From a virus: a stretch of 64,000 nt of DNA. A model generated the notes under the pieces. The model did no database searches and was not told the DNA's origin. It saw only the letters and a list, made by a program, of their open reading frames with translations. The stretch covers positions 354,022-418,021 of IMG/VR virus record IMGVR_UViG_3300022744_000001. One strand, 5' to 3'. Position numbers and translations under genes: made by a program. Below, one piece after another: positions 55,719-64,000 of this stretch (within the stretch, counting starts at the first letter, position 1; each line of letters starts with the position of its first letter).

Positions 55719-56395
55719 GTATCCCCCAGTTTCGAGAATCGAAAAAACCGGTCATTTTCCCTGAAAACGGTGCCCAGACCTACGGTGCGCCCCTCTAGTG
55801 CAGTGGTTTTGGACTTGATGATGGCGGTTTTGCCTCCCCGCAGGAGTACCCTCTGACGAAGGAACACGTGGCGTTCGGAAGGCAGAAGCACGTCCTCATC
55901 GATGTGACCATCAAGCAGGAGTAGAAAGCGCGCAGCAAATCGAGCGATGTGGTAGGCATCGGCCTCGTCGGCGTTCCAACGGGCAATACCAGTGTCGGCT
56001 TTCGCCATCGCAACCATATCGGCCTTGAACATTTTCCCTCGACGAACGAGCGGGTCTTCTTTGGCCAACAGCTTCACAGTGAGAGGGTCGAAGTGAACGA
56101 CGTCACGACGACGCGTGTAAACGGCTTCGTTGACATAGAGGAAAAGGCCGTAAAGACCCTCTGACCAGGCTTCACCGAATGGTGGGGACTCAACGCCAAC
56201 TATCTGGATCTCCGGGAACTCGTCCAAAGTGGTTTGGATGTTCTCCCGGAGAAACAGATAGCGACGCAGAAAGATGTCCTTCGCGGACGTCTTCCAACGA
56301 CCCTTCTTGACCACCCGAGCGCGGCCGGTGGCGTCCGAATCGTGGACGCACCAGCCGAACCCGGTCATGGATGGATCAAGACCAAGCGATAGCAC
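55715..56395 (-). CDS. RuvC-like Holliday junction resolvase
   Basis: LGLDPS..GFG, GVESP, DEADAY. Confidence 0.8.
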   Translation of the reverse strand: MLSLGLDPSMTGFGWCVHDSDATGRARVVKKGRWKTSAKDIFLRRYLFLRENIQTTLDEFPEIQIVGVESPPFGEAWSEGLYGLFLYVNEAVYTRRRDVVHFDPLTVKLLAKEDPLVRRGKMFKADMVAMAKADTGIARWNADEADAYHIARFAARFLLLLDGHIDEDVLLPSERHVFLRQRVLLRGGKTAIIKSKTTALEGRTVGLGTVFRENDRFFRFSKLGDT

Positions 56396-56428
56396 CCTGG
56401 ACGAGAGGGTTGCCCCTCCCCCTCCTTG

Positions 56429-57298
56429 TCAGACGCCCGACAGGAGGTTGGCGAAGTCTTCGCCGCCCACGTCTCCGGCCCCACCGCCACCAGTGCTGGC
56501 AGAGGTCAGACCGAGCTTCTCACGAAGCTCATCCGTGGTGAGCTGACGAAGAGACAGCTTCTCGTACAGGCCCACAGCCTTCTCGAGCACCATACGACGA
56601 AGCTTGTCGTTCTTCAGGTAGATGCACGGACCCGCCTGGGTGATCGTGATCTTCTGGTAGTTGGTGTCCGTGCAAGCGAAGTTGAGGTCGATCGACGCGA
56701 TGGTCGAACCGCTCTCGGCCAAGCCCTTGTTGATCTTGCGAATCACCTCGAACTTGTCCGGGGCGAAACGCCAGGGGAGGACGCGCCAACCCTTGGCCAA
56801 ACGCTCCCGGTCCAGGTCGCCTTCGCGGTCAGTGGGGTACTGGAGGAGCACGGTGAAGACGTACTCGCGCTTCTCGCCGAGCTTCTTCCAAACCTTCTCC
56901 TCTTCCGCGGAGAGCTTCTTGGGCCACTCCACGTAGCCAAGACCCTCCTTGAAAGAGGCCGAAGCCGTCTTGAAGCGCGCCTCGGTGACATCCAGCATGT
57001 CCACCGGGTCGAGCTGGTCGATGGTCTTTCCGAGCTTCTCGGCCAGCTTCTGGAGCGTGTCGATCACGACCCGCTTCTGGCCCTCTTTGTCCTTGGCAAG
57101 GTCCGGCTTGGCCCGAAGTGCGCGACGAAGAGCCGAGGTCTTCACGTCGTTGAAGTACACGAGGGACACGCGGTCGGTACGACCCTTCTCACCCTTGTAC
57201 CACTCGGCCTTGTTGCCGACTTTGCCCTTGTCCTCGTCGCCGAGGCCAATGTCGTTCTCCGTATCGATGCTCTCAAGGTCAACTTCGAAATCACTCAT
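56429..57298 (-). CDS. Putative single-stranded DNA-binding protein (gp32-like)
   Basis: WYKGEKGRTDR, YVFTVLLQY, DLNF.C...YQK, G-rich/acidic tail; adjacent to recA and ruvC. Confidence 0.55.
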   Translation of the reverse strand: MSDFEVDLESIDTENDIGLGDEDKGKVGNKAEWYKGEKGRTDRVSLVYFNDVKTSALRRALRAKPDLAKDKEGQKRVVIDTLQKLAEKLGKTIDQLDPVDMLDVTEARFKTASASFKEGLGYVEWPKKLSAEEEKVWKKLGEKREYVFTVLLQYPTDREGDLDRERLAKGWRVLPWRFAPDKFEVIRKINKGLAESGSTIASIDLNFACTDTNYQKITITQAGPCIYLKNDKLRRMVLEKAVGLYEKLSLRQLTTDELREKLGLTSASTGGGGAGDVGGEDFANLLSGV

Positions 57299-57449
57299 TT
57301 TCACTTCTCCATTGGACGTGGCCCCAGATTACAAAACGGGTAGAGCTGGGTACCTGGTCAGGTGCGGACCGCCACAGGACAGGGTCAGAGGACATTGCGT
57401 CCGGGACAGGTCAGGTGACGTGCCGCGATCTCCTCTACACCGGGAAGGT

Positions 57450-58349
57450 TCAGATATTCGCGAGCAAACCTTCCAAATACTCCTCATCCGGATCTTTGGG
57501 TTTGGTACTCACCTTTTCCTGCTTGATTTCCTTGATTGGCTCAGGGGTAGGCTCAGGAGCATCGCTGAGGAACTTGGCGATACTGTCCCCGTCGTCCTCG
57601 GTACCCTGAGTTTCTGCCTTGGCCTCTGCATCCAAAACTTGAACTTGGATCTCAAGCACCGGAGCCTCGACCTGAACCTCGACGACCGGGTCAGATGTCG
57701 GAGCCTCCTCAACAGGCTCAGGGGCCGTTTCAAGCTCAGATTCAGGCTGAGTCGCGGGGGCCTTCTGCTCCTCAATGCCCTCTGCGACGAGCGCATCCAG
57801 CTCCGCGATGTCGATTTCAACCTCCCTCGGAGGTAGCGCTCGACCCTTGGAGTCTCGAGGCAGGTTGGACTCGTCCCCGTACGCCGCTCCTGTGATGCGG
57901 TCAGCATGCAAGAGAGACCTTTGGGTCTTGATCTCGTTGCTGGTGCGCACGAGTTCTTCGTGAATGAGCTTCACGGCCTTCTCGACCGTATCCAAGTCCA
58001 ACAGCTCACTCTTGAGCGTGTGGATACGGTTGAGACGTTCCCGGAGCTTGGTGTTGGCGATGGCTTCACGGTCACGGATGTTTGCGGCTCGCCGCACATC
58101 GTCGTCCTCGGCCAGCAACCGGTCCTTCTCGGCACTGAGGAGGGTTTCCTCCCCGGCCAACTTGAACTTCACTTCCCGTCGCTCGCGGCTCATACGGAGC
58201 AGAATCTGCGAGACTCGGTTGAGGTGATTTCGGCACTTCGAAATCGTCTCATTGATGTAAAGCGGCCCGAGTACCGTAGGGTCAGGGGCCAGCTCAATTG
58301 GGAGCTTGGATATCTCCCCGTAGATTTCGTTGATCTCTGCTTGTTCCAT
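57450..58349 (-). CDS. Coiled-coil protein with acidic tail (possible recombination mediator)
   Basis: Helical N-half, E/P-rich C-half; function from context only. Confidence 0.45.
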   Translation of the reverse strand: MEQAEINEIYGEISKLPIELAPDPTVLGPLYINETISKCRNHLNRVSQILLRMSRERREVKFKLAGEETLLSAEKDRLLAEDDDVRRAANIRDREAIANTKLRERLNRIHTLKSELLDLDTVEKAVKLIHEELVRTSNEIKTQRSLLHADRITGAAYGDESNLPRDSKGRALPPREVEIDIAELDALVAEGIEEQKAPATQPESELETAPEPVEEAPTSDPVVEVQVEAPVLEIQVQVLDAEAKAETQGTEDDGDSIAKFLSDAPEPTPEPIKEIKQEKVSTKPKDPDEEYLEGLLANI

Positions 58350-60534
58350 CAGGCGCCTCTTGGATGCCTCCCTCTACACCAGCCAGAATGGCGGCTGAGA
58401 TGGAACGAGCAAAAGCAGTACCTCTTTGCACCACTTGGTCGTTAGCGATAGCCCGACTCACCGCACCACGATCTCCAAGTACCCAGACTTTTTTGCGGGC
58501 ACGCGTGATGGCGGTATAGAAGAGGTTACGTTGCAGCATCCGCCCGTGGTTTCGAACCATAGGCAAAACAATGGTCTCGAACTCAGACCCCTGGCACTTG
58601 TGAACAGTGATTGTGTACGCGAGCTTGAGTTTCACCGGGACTTCGGCCCTCGGAATCTCAACTACGAGGTCAATGCCCCCATCGCCAGCGCCATGGATAC
58701 GCACCACGAAGTGTTCGCGTTCGATGCTCATGAGCTTGCCCATGTCACCGTTGTAGACGCCCAGGTCATAGTCGTTTTTTATGACCATCAACCGGTCGCC
58801 ATCTCGGAACTTGCAACCATCGACGGTGGCCTCCCGCTTACCCTCTGCGGGCGGGTTGAGCACTTCCCGAAGCAAGTTGTTCAGGTTGTTGACCCCCAGA
58901 ACCCCGTCGTACTTCGGGGACAGTACCTGGAAGTTGGCGTCTCGAGCCTTCAGCTTCAACGCCATTTGCGTAATCAACTCAGCAGCCCTCTCCTCGTTAG
59001 GGATGGGGATGAACCTGAAATCGGAGGTCTCGCCTCCCGGCTCAATGTCCTTCCCCCTATTGATCAAGTGCGAGTTCTTGATGATGTCGCTCTGTTGAGC
59101 TTGGCGGAAAATCTTCTCCAACCGGACCGTCGGAACATCTGAGCACCGAATCAGCTCACGGAGGACGTTACCTGGCCCCACCGAGGGGAGCTGCGCATCG
59201 TCCCCCACGAAGACCAGGATCGTCTCGGGGTTGAGAGCATCGAGGATGCGGAAGAACAGCTCCTGGTCCACCATGGAGACCTCGTCTACAACGATCGCCC
59301 CAATCGGGTACTTGTCACTACGGTCGTAACGCCAGCTGGTGCCGTCATACCCAAACGCACGATGAATCGTGGAAGCCATGCGGCTGGTAACCGCAGCCAG
59401 CCGCTTCGCAGCGATACCCGTAGGCGCCATAAGGGAGTAGCTGGTCCCGGTTCGCTCAAAGAGATTCACGATGGCTTTGACCACCGTGGTTTTGCCAGTG
59501 CCAGGCAACCCTGTCAGGACGAGTACCTTGTGCTGCACCAGCTTGAAGATGGCCTCCCGCTGCTCAGTGGAGAGGTCGATCTGAAACATCGTTTCGTAGG
59601 ATTTGATGAAGTCCTCGGGCTCAATGTCGAACTTCGACGCCCCCATGAACCCAGCCAAAAGGCGAGCAGACTCTCGCTCGTAGTAGTGGCTCTGGGGCAA
59701 GTAAACCCCGACGTTCGGGTCCACTATGATTCGCTTGGCGTCCTCGAGGCGCACAACCGCCTTGGCGATTTCATCCGTGAGGATGGCGTCGTCAAAAGCG
59801 TCAATCTCATGGTTTTTAGCGATATCACGCAAGGTCGTTGTGATATCCCCTCGACGAATACACAGATGCCCGGAATTGGTAGCCTCCCGAAGTACCCAAA
59901 GAACGGCGCCTTCATAGCGTCGCGGGTCGTTCTCGGACACCCCCAAACTCCGAGCGATACTATCCGCCTTCACGAAGGGGAACTCCTGAATCTCAACGAG
60001 GCGGTAGGGGTTCTCCTTGATGATGGACGTCGCCTCGATCCCAAACTGAACCAGAACCGCACGAACCTGAGTCGATGTAACGTCATGGTCGGACAAGAAG
60101 GACGCGAGTTCGGCGCTGGCCCGCACGAACCCCCAGGAGTTCAGCAAGGTCTCCTTAGCCAAGGCATCCATGTCCGGGATCTGGTCCAGAAGCTCTGGGG
60201 TTTCCTCGAAGACCTTGAAGGTATCGACTCCAAAAGCATCGACAATGTCCCCCGCCCGCAAAGCGGGCACCCCCAAACACGAACGCAGAAAGATCTCCAC
60301 GTCCCCATCCGAAGCCGCCCACGGCGCCCAGCCAGCCACCTCAAACTGTCGGCCGTACTTGTTGTGGTGAACCCACCGCCCGGTCAACTCCACGGCCAAG
60401 CCCGCGGTCACCGTTTGAACCCCAAACAACGACCCCTTACAGGTATAGCGACGATTCGCCGACTCCAACTGGAAGATGTGAAAATCCCCGCTGCTGAACG
60501 TGACCGACCAGACCCGACCGTTGAGCTTATCCAT
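58294..60534 (-). CDS. recD2: RecD2-like SF1B helicase
   Basis: H..YGRQF, ENPYRL, GLPGTGKTT, STIHR, VDEVSM, VGDDAQLPSVGPG, YNGDMG, TVHKCQGSE, YTAITRA. Confidence 0.92.
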   Translation of the reverse strand: MDKLNGRVWSVTFSSGDFHIFQLESANRRYTCKGSLFGVQTVTAGLAVELTGRWVHHNKYGRQFEVAGWAPWAASDGDVEIFLRSCLGVPALRAGDIVDAFGVDTFKVFEETPELLDQIPDMDALAKETLLNSWGFVRASAELASFLSDHDVTSTQVRAVLVQFGIEATSIIKENPYRLVEIQEFPFVKADSIARSLGVSENDPRRYEGAVLWVLREATNSGHLCIRRGDITTTLRDIAKNHEIDAFDDAILTDEIAKAVVRLEDAKRIIVDPNVGVYLPQSHYYERESARLLAGFMGASKFDIEPEDFIKSYETMFQIDLSTEQREAIFKLVQHKVLVLTGLPGTGKTTVVKAIVNLFERTGTSYSLMAPTGIAAKRLAAVTSRMASTIHRAFGYDGTSWRYDRSDKYPIGAIVVDEVSMVDQELFFRILDALNPETILVFVGDDAQLPSVGPGNVLRELIRCSDVPTVRLEKIFRQAQQSDIIKNSHLINRGKDIEPGGETSDFRFIPIPNEERAAELITQMALKLKARDANFQVLSPKYDGVLGVNNLNNLLREVLNPPAEGKREATVDGCKFRDGDRLMVIKNDYDLGVYNGDMGKLMSIEREHFVVRIHGAGDGGIDLVVEIPRAEVPVKLKLAYTITVHKCQGSEFETIVLPMVRNHGRMLQRNLFYTAITRARKKVWVLGDRGAVSRAIANDQVVQRGTAFARSISAAILAGVEGGIQEAPDGTSRDQRNLRGDIQAPN

Positions 60535-60537
60535 GCT

Positions 60538-62433
60538 TTACCCGTTGACCATCGTCAGGAATTCATCTTCGGAAAGGCAGCGCACCCCATACTTCTTGGC
60601 TTGCGCTGCCTTCGTTGTGGTTGTGTCTGCTAGCACGAGGTAGGAAAGTTTCTTGGTAACCGAGGACTTCACCTCCCCCCCAAGACCCTTGACCATGTTC
60701 TCGAGGTCACCTCGCTTGTTCGCCATTTCCCCGGTAAAGCAGAAGCTGAGCCCTGTGAACTTGCCGCGGATGCGTTCCTCGGGGGCAACCCCCACGCCCA
60801 AGAGGTCGTCAAGCACGGCCTCGTTTCGAGAAAGCCATGTCTGGAGAGACCTGGCCTTCACCGGCCCCAAGCCCGGAACCTTGGACAGGTTCCCCAGGGT
60901 GGCGGCTCGAATCTTGGGGAGGTCATCGTACCCCGCATCGATCACGGCCTTGATGGTCGAAGTCGCCACCCCCGGAATGGACAATGAGCCCAGCAACAAC
61001 TCAAGCGGGAGCGTCTTCTTGGCGTGCAAGAGTGTGACGAGTTTGGCCGCCAGTTTGGGGCCCATACGGTCGAGGTCAGCCAGCTGGGCCTCGGTCAACC
61101 GATACAGGTCCGGCACCGATTTCACGAGCCCCGTCGAAACGAGTTTCTCGAGCAGAACGTCGCCCCACTCAAGCACCTCGATGGACTTGATCCATTGGTT
61201 GAGGCGACCTACCACCTGAGCCGAACACCCATTATGGTTGGGGCAAACGAGGTACTCCCCATCCTGCACCGTTGCGGCTTTGCAGACAGGGCACTCCTTC
61301 GGGGGCTGGTGCGCCGTCCCGGCCCCCTTTACCAAGGCAACCACTCGAGGGATCACGTCGTTGGCCCGAGCTACCAAAACTCGAGCCCCGATATCGAGCT
61401 GAAGGTCAGCGATGTACTTGGCGTTGTAGAGAGAGGCGTTGGTCACCGTCGCCCCGAGCAGGTTTACCGGGTCGAACTGCGCCACGGGCGTAATACGCCC
61501 GGTACCGCCCGTTTGCCAAGCGATGCCCCGAATGATCGTCTCACGGGTGATCGGGGCGAATTTGAACGCCACCGCGCCCACAGGCCGCAGGTCCTTTTCC
61601 CCCAAGGCAAACTGTTGAGCCAGGTCGTTCACGGAGACCACGAGGCCGTCAATCTCGTAATCGAGCTGGTCCCGCTTGGTTTGCTGGTAATCGACCCAGA
61701 TATCGTGAGGGGTTTTGATGCCAAGCCATAGCCCAGAAAGCGCCCACCAAGGAGTGATGAGACCCAAGCTCGCCAGGAACTTGAACTGCTCGTCCTGGGT
61801 CGAGAACTCAGGCCCCTTCACAACCTTGTAAACGAACACCGTGAGGTGCTCGCACCCACGACCATCGTACCTCTTCGCAATCCCAGAGGCAGCGTTGCGA
61901 GTGTTGGCGTAGTCGTTGTTGAACTGCTTCTCGAGGTCGCTCTTGAGCAGAACGATCTCCCCTCGAATCGTGCAGGCTACCTTCTTGGGGAGAGTCTCCT
62001 TGACCCCCTTCATCCTGCGAACGTTCGCCGTGATGTCCTCGCCAATGAGGCCGTCACCTCGGGTCGAAGCTCGAGCCAACTTGCCGTCCGTGTACTCCAA
62101 CTGCACGGAGATGCCGTCGAGCTTTTCCGTAATGAAAAGGGTCGCACCGGGGGCGTAGGAGTTAACCCAATCGGTCATCTCCTCCATGGTGTTGACCTTG
62201 TTCAAGGACCCCATGGGGTAGGCATGCTTGACCTTGGTCCATTCGGACACCACGGGAGCGCCCACAGAAACCACCAGCCGGTTGATGGTGTCGAGGTCGG
62301 AAAGCTCATCGACCCAGGCGTCATAGACTTCGTCGCTGACAGTGGGCTGTTTGTTGTAGTAGGCGTCGCGCGCTTCAGCGACCTGCTTCTCAAGCTCAGC
62401 AATCCGGTCCCGCCGCTGTTCGTCGGTCAGCAT
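60538..62433 (-). CDS. ligA: NAD-dependent DNA ligase
   Basis: YY..PTVSDEVYD, EKLDG, TRGDG, RNAASG, DGLVV, AFKF, C4 Zn finger, HhH, BRCT. Confidence 0.95.
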   Translation of the reverse strand: MLTDEQRRDRIAELEKQVAEARDAYYNKQPTVSDEVYDAWVDELSDLDTINRLVVSVGAPVVSEWTKVKHAYPMGSLNKVNTMEEMTDWVNSYAPGATLFITEKLDGISVQLEYTDGKLARASTRGDGLIGEDITANVRRMKGVKETLPKKVACTIRGEIVLLKSDLEKQFNNDYANTRNAASGIAKRYDGRGCEHLTVFVYKVVKGPEFSTQDEQFKFLASLGLITPWWALSGLWLGIKTPHDIWVDYQQTKRDQLDYEIDGLVVSVNDLAQQFALGEKDLRPVGAVAFKFAPITRETIIRGIAWQTGGTGRITPVAQFDPVNLLGATVTNASLYNAKYIADLQLDIGARVLVARANDVIPRVVALVKGAGTAHQPPKECPVCKAATVQDGEYLVCPNHNGCSAQVVGRLNQWIKSIEVLEWGDVLLEKLVSTGLVKSVPDLYRLTEAQLADLDRMGPKLAAKLVTLLHAKKTLPLELLLGSLSIPGVATSTIKAVIDAGYDDLPKIRAATLGNLSKVPGLGPVKARSLQTWLSRNEAVLDDLLGVGVAPEERIRGKFTGLSFCFTGEMANKRGDLENMVKGLGGEVKSSVTKKLSYLVLADTTTTKAAQAKKYGVRCLSEDEFLTMVNG

Positions 62434-62687
62434 TTCTTGCCTCCAGGGGCATCAACAACCTGAACCGACTCCCCTTGGGCCTCAGCCTCGCGGGCGAGCT
62501 GTTCGATCTGAGCAAGAGTGGCCAGAGGCACAACCACCAATCGAACCTCTCTGCCCGCAAGACTTTTGAGCGCGGTTTGAGGGTCGTGGGACTGTGCTGC
62601 ATCGCGGATGGTGCAATAGCCGGTAAAAGGGTCGGATTCGACAACCCCCTCAACGATGTGCACTTCCGAGGTATTGATCTCGGACAA
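62427..62687 (-). CDS. Small hypothetical protein
   Basis: TTG start after GGAGG, downstream of a terminator. Confidence 0.55.
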   Translation of the reverse strand: MSEINTSEVHIVEGVVESDPFTGYCTIRDAAQSHDPQTALKSLAGREVRLVVVPLATLAQIEQLAREAEAQGESVQVVDAPGGKKC

Positions 62688-62710
62688 ATGAACCTCCAGG
62701 GGGTTAAGCG

Positions 62711-62742
62711 AAAAACCCCTCCCGGTAAACACCGAGAGGGGT
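62711..62742 (-). terminator. Rho-independent terminator after nrdJ
   Basis: ACCCCTCTCGGT-GTTT-ACCGGGAGGGGT then TTTT. Confidence 0.75.
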
Positions 62743-62766
62743 CGCGCGCCAGGTAAAAAGGCTAGC

Positions 62767-64000
62767 TCAACGAGTCGGGCACACTCCGCCAGCGCACTCC
62801 TCAACCTCCATGTTGCCGCCACGGGTGAGCGGGTGCTTGTGGTTGATCTTGGAGTACATGGCGTCGTGTTGCTCTTCGCTGATGACCTCGTACGGCGGTT
62901 GAGCGTACCCGTGCACCTTGTTGAGCACCGAGGTGCTCTTCAGGAACGGCACGTACTCGCGAAGGCACTCGGTCAGCTCTTCCTTCTCCGCACGGTCGAA
63001 GGACAAGGTCGCGGAAACAGCGTTGTCGGCCCACGCTTCTTGGACAGCCTTCTGGCGCTCGAACTGGTCGCGGATAGTCTCGGTCTGAACCGTGACCTTC
63101 GTGTGAGCGGCCTTGGTCGGGAACGCGAACACCCAAGTGTGGCCGCTCTTGTCGTAGATGTCCTCTTCGTGGGGCACGCCCGCCTCAATCATGGCCCCGG
63201 CAAGCGGGTCATTCTTGGCGATACGGGTACGACGCACATAGTAGGGTGCGTAGGGGGCGTGGATGCCCGGGCTCGAGCCGTTGAGCAGCGAGATGGTGCC
63301 GCTGGGCTTCACCGTCGTAACGGTCAAAGGAGCGGCAACCCCAAGCTCTTCGGCATAGCGGTTGGCTTCGTCTCGGCAGGTACCATAGAAGTGGCGAAGC
63401 TGGGCCTTGTTCCACTCGAAATCGCAGAGGCCGCCGAGCCCAACACCCACGCGCATGTTCGCGTTGCCGACTTCCTGGCTCTTGGGGTCCGAGAGGGGCG
63501 TGAGGCGCTGACGAAGGCAGTAGCGAGTCACGAGGCGCAAAACCTCCGTGGGGTTGGTACCTTCCTCAAAGAAAGCCGGGAAGACCTCAGCCAGGTTGCA
63601 TGCTTCACGGTCGTGAAGGGCCTGCTCGCCGCAGGGGTTCACGCCCTTGGCTCCACGGTCCGAAGCCCACACGAGAGGCAGATTGAGAAGGCCGGGCTCG
63701 CCGTACTCGATGTTGTCCTCGACCAGGCCAGCCCAATCGAAATTCGCGATCTGCTCCCATGAGCGAAACACGATGGAGTTGTTCGAGGTATGACGGTGGC
63801 TGACCACCTTCTCGAAATCCTTCTTGGCGTCACGGAAAGCCTGATCCTGGGCGTCCCCGAGCACGATAAGGGCCGAGCGGCGAACGTTGCCCGCCTTGAT
63901 GCAGAGGCCGATGTAGTTCGTAATGTCCAGAGCTTCGACGCTCGAGAGCTTGCGCCCAGCCGCGGCCCGGATGATGTCCCAGGCGTTCCGGAGAAGGTTG
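62767..64000 (-). CDS. nrdJ: Class II (B12-dependent) ribonucleotide reductase, 5'-truncated by the window
   Basis: Frame open to the window end (GNVRRSA), NPCGE, CNLAE, TTVKPSGT, C-terminal CAGGVCP. Confidence 0.9.
   Translation of the reverse strand, partial: NLLRNAWDIIRAAAGRKLSSVEALDITNYIGLCIKAGNVRRSALIVLGDAQDQAFRDAKKDFEKVVSHRHTSNNSIVFRSWEQIANFDWAGLVEDNIEYGEPGLLNLPLVWASDRGAKGVNPCGEQALHDREACNLAEVFPAFFEEGTNPTEVLRLVTRYCLRQRLTPLSDPKSQEVGNANMRVGVGLGGLCDFEWNKAQLRHFYGTCRDEANRYAEELGVAAPLTVTTVKPSGTISLLNGSSPGIHAPYAPYYVRRTRIAKNDPLAGAMIEAGVPHEEDIYDKSGHTWVFAFPTKAAHTKVTVQTETIRDQFERQKAVQEAWADNAVSATLSFDRAEKEELTECLREYVPFLKSTSVLNKVHGYAQPPYEVISEEQHDAMYSKINHKHPLTRGGNMEVEECAGGVCPTR

Noticed and set aside
1-64000. 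Alternative genetic code (stop-codon reassignment)
   Set aside because: Conserved genes are intact in code 11, and TAA, TAG and TGA all terminate genes that abut the next start
1-64000. Host assignment (a myxobacterial or other high-GC host seemed plausible)
   Set aside because: Impression only; cannot be supported without database searches

Overview
This is a 64-kb segment of a large (jumbo-type) tailed dsDNA bacteriophage of roughly 60% GC. Essentially every real gene is on the minus strand and densely packed; the long plus-strand ORFs are antisense shadows. In transcription order (high to low coordinates) there are three modules. (1) Replication, recombination and transcription, 64000-43061: class II ribonucleotide reductase, NAD-dependent ligase, RecD2, SSB-like protein, RuvC, RecA, an SbcC/Rad50 split into two genes around SbcD/Mre11, a PD-(D/E)XK nuclease, a beta-clamp-like protein, primase core, DnaX, a NusG paralog, a 5'-3' exonuclease and a tandem sigma4-HTH protein. 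(2) Head and packaging, 42993-17748: putative internal head proteins, terminase, topoisomerase IB, three decoration-protein paralogs, portal, prohead protease, Gln-rich scaffold, decoration protein, major capsid protein and HU. (3) Fibres, Ig-like and neck proteins, a Dps-like protein and an actin-like ATPase, 17751-1. The most notable observations are: a recurrent putative late-promoter motif immediately followed by hairpins that bury the RBS or start codon; a small ORF carrying a near-copy of a portal peptide; a pervasive K/R-x-A motif on head-module proteins, including topoisomerase IB and Dps; a split Rad50; and strongly skewed palindrome use (CTGCAG, GTCGAC and GAGCTC not found, GGTACC abundant). 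No tRNA, rRNA, CRISPR array, integrase or transposase was seen. All functional calls come from motif recognition by eye, and counts are manual.
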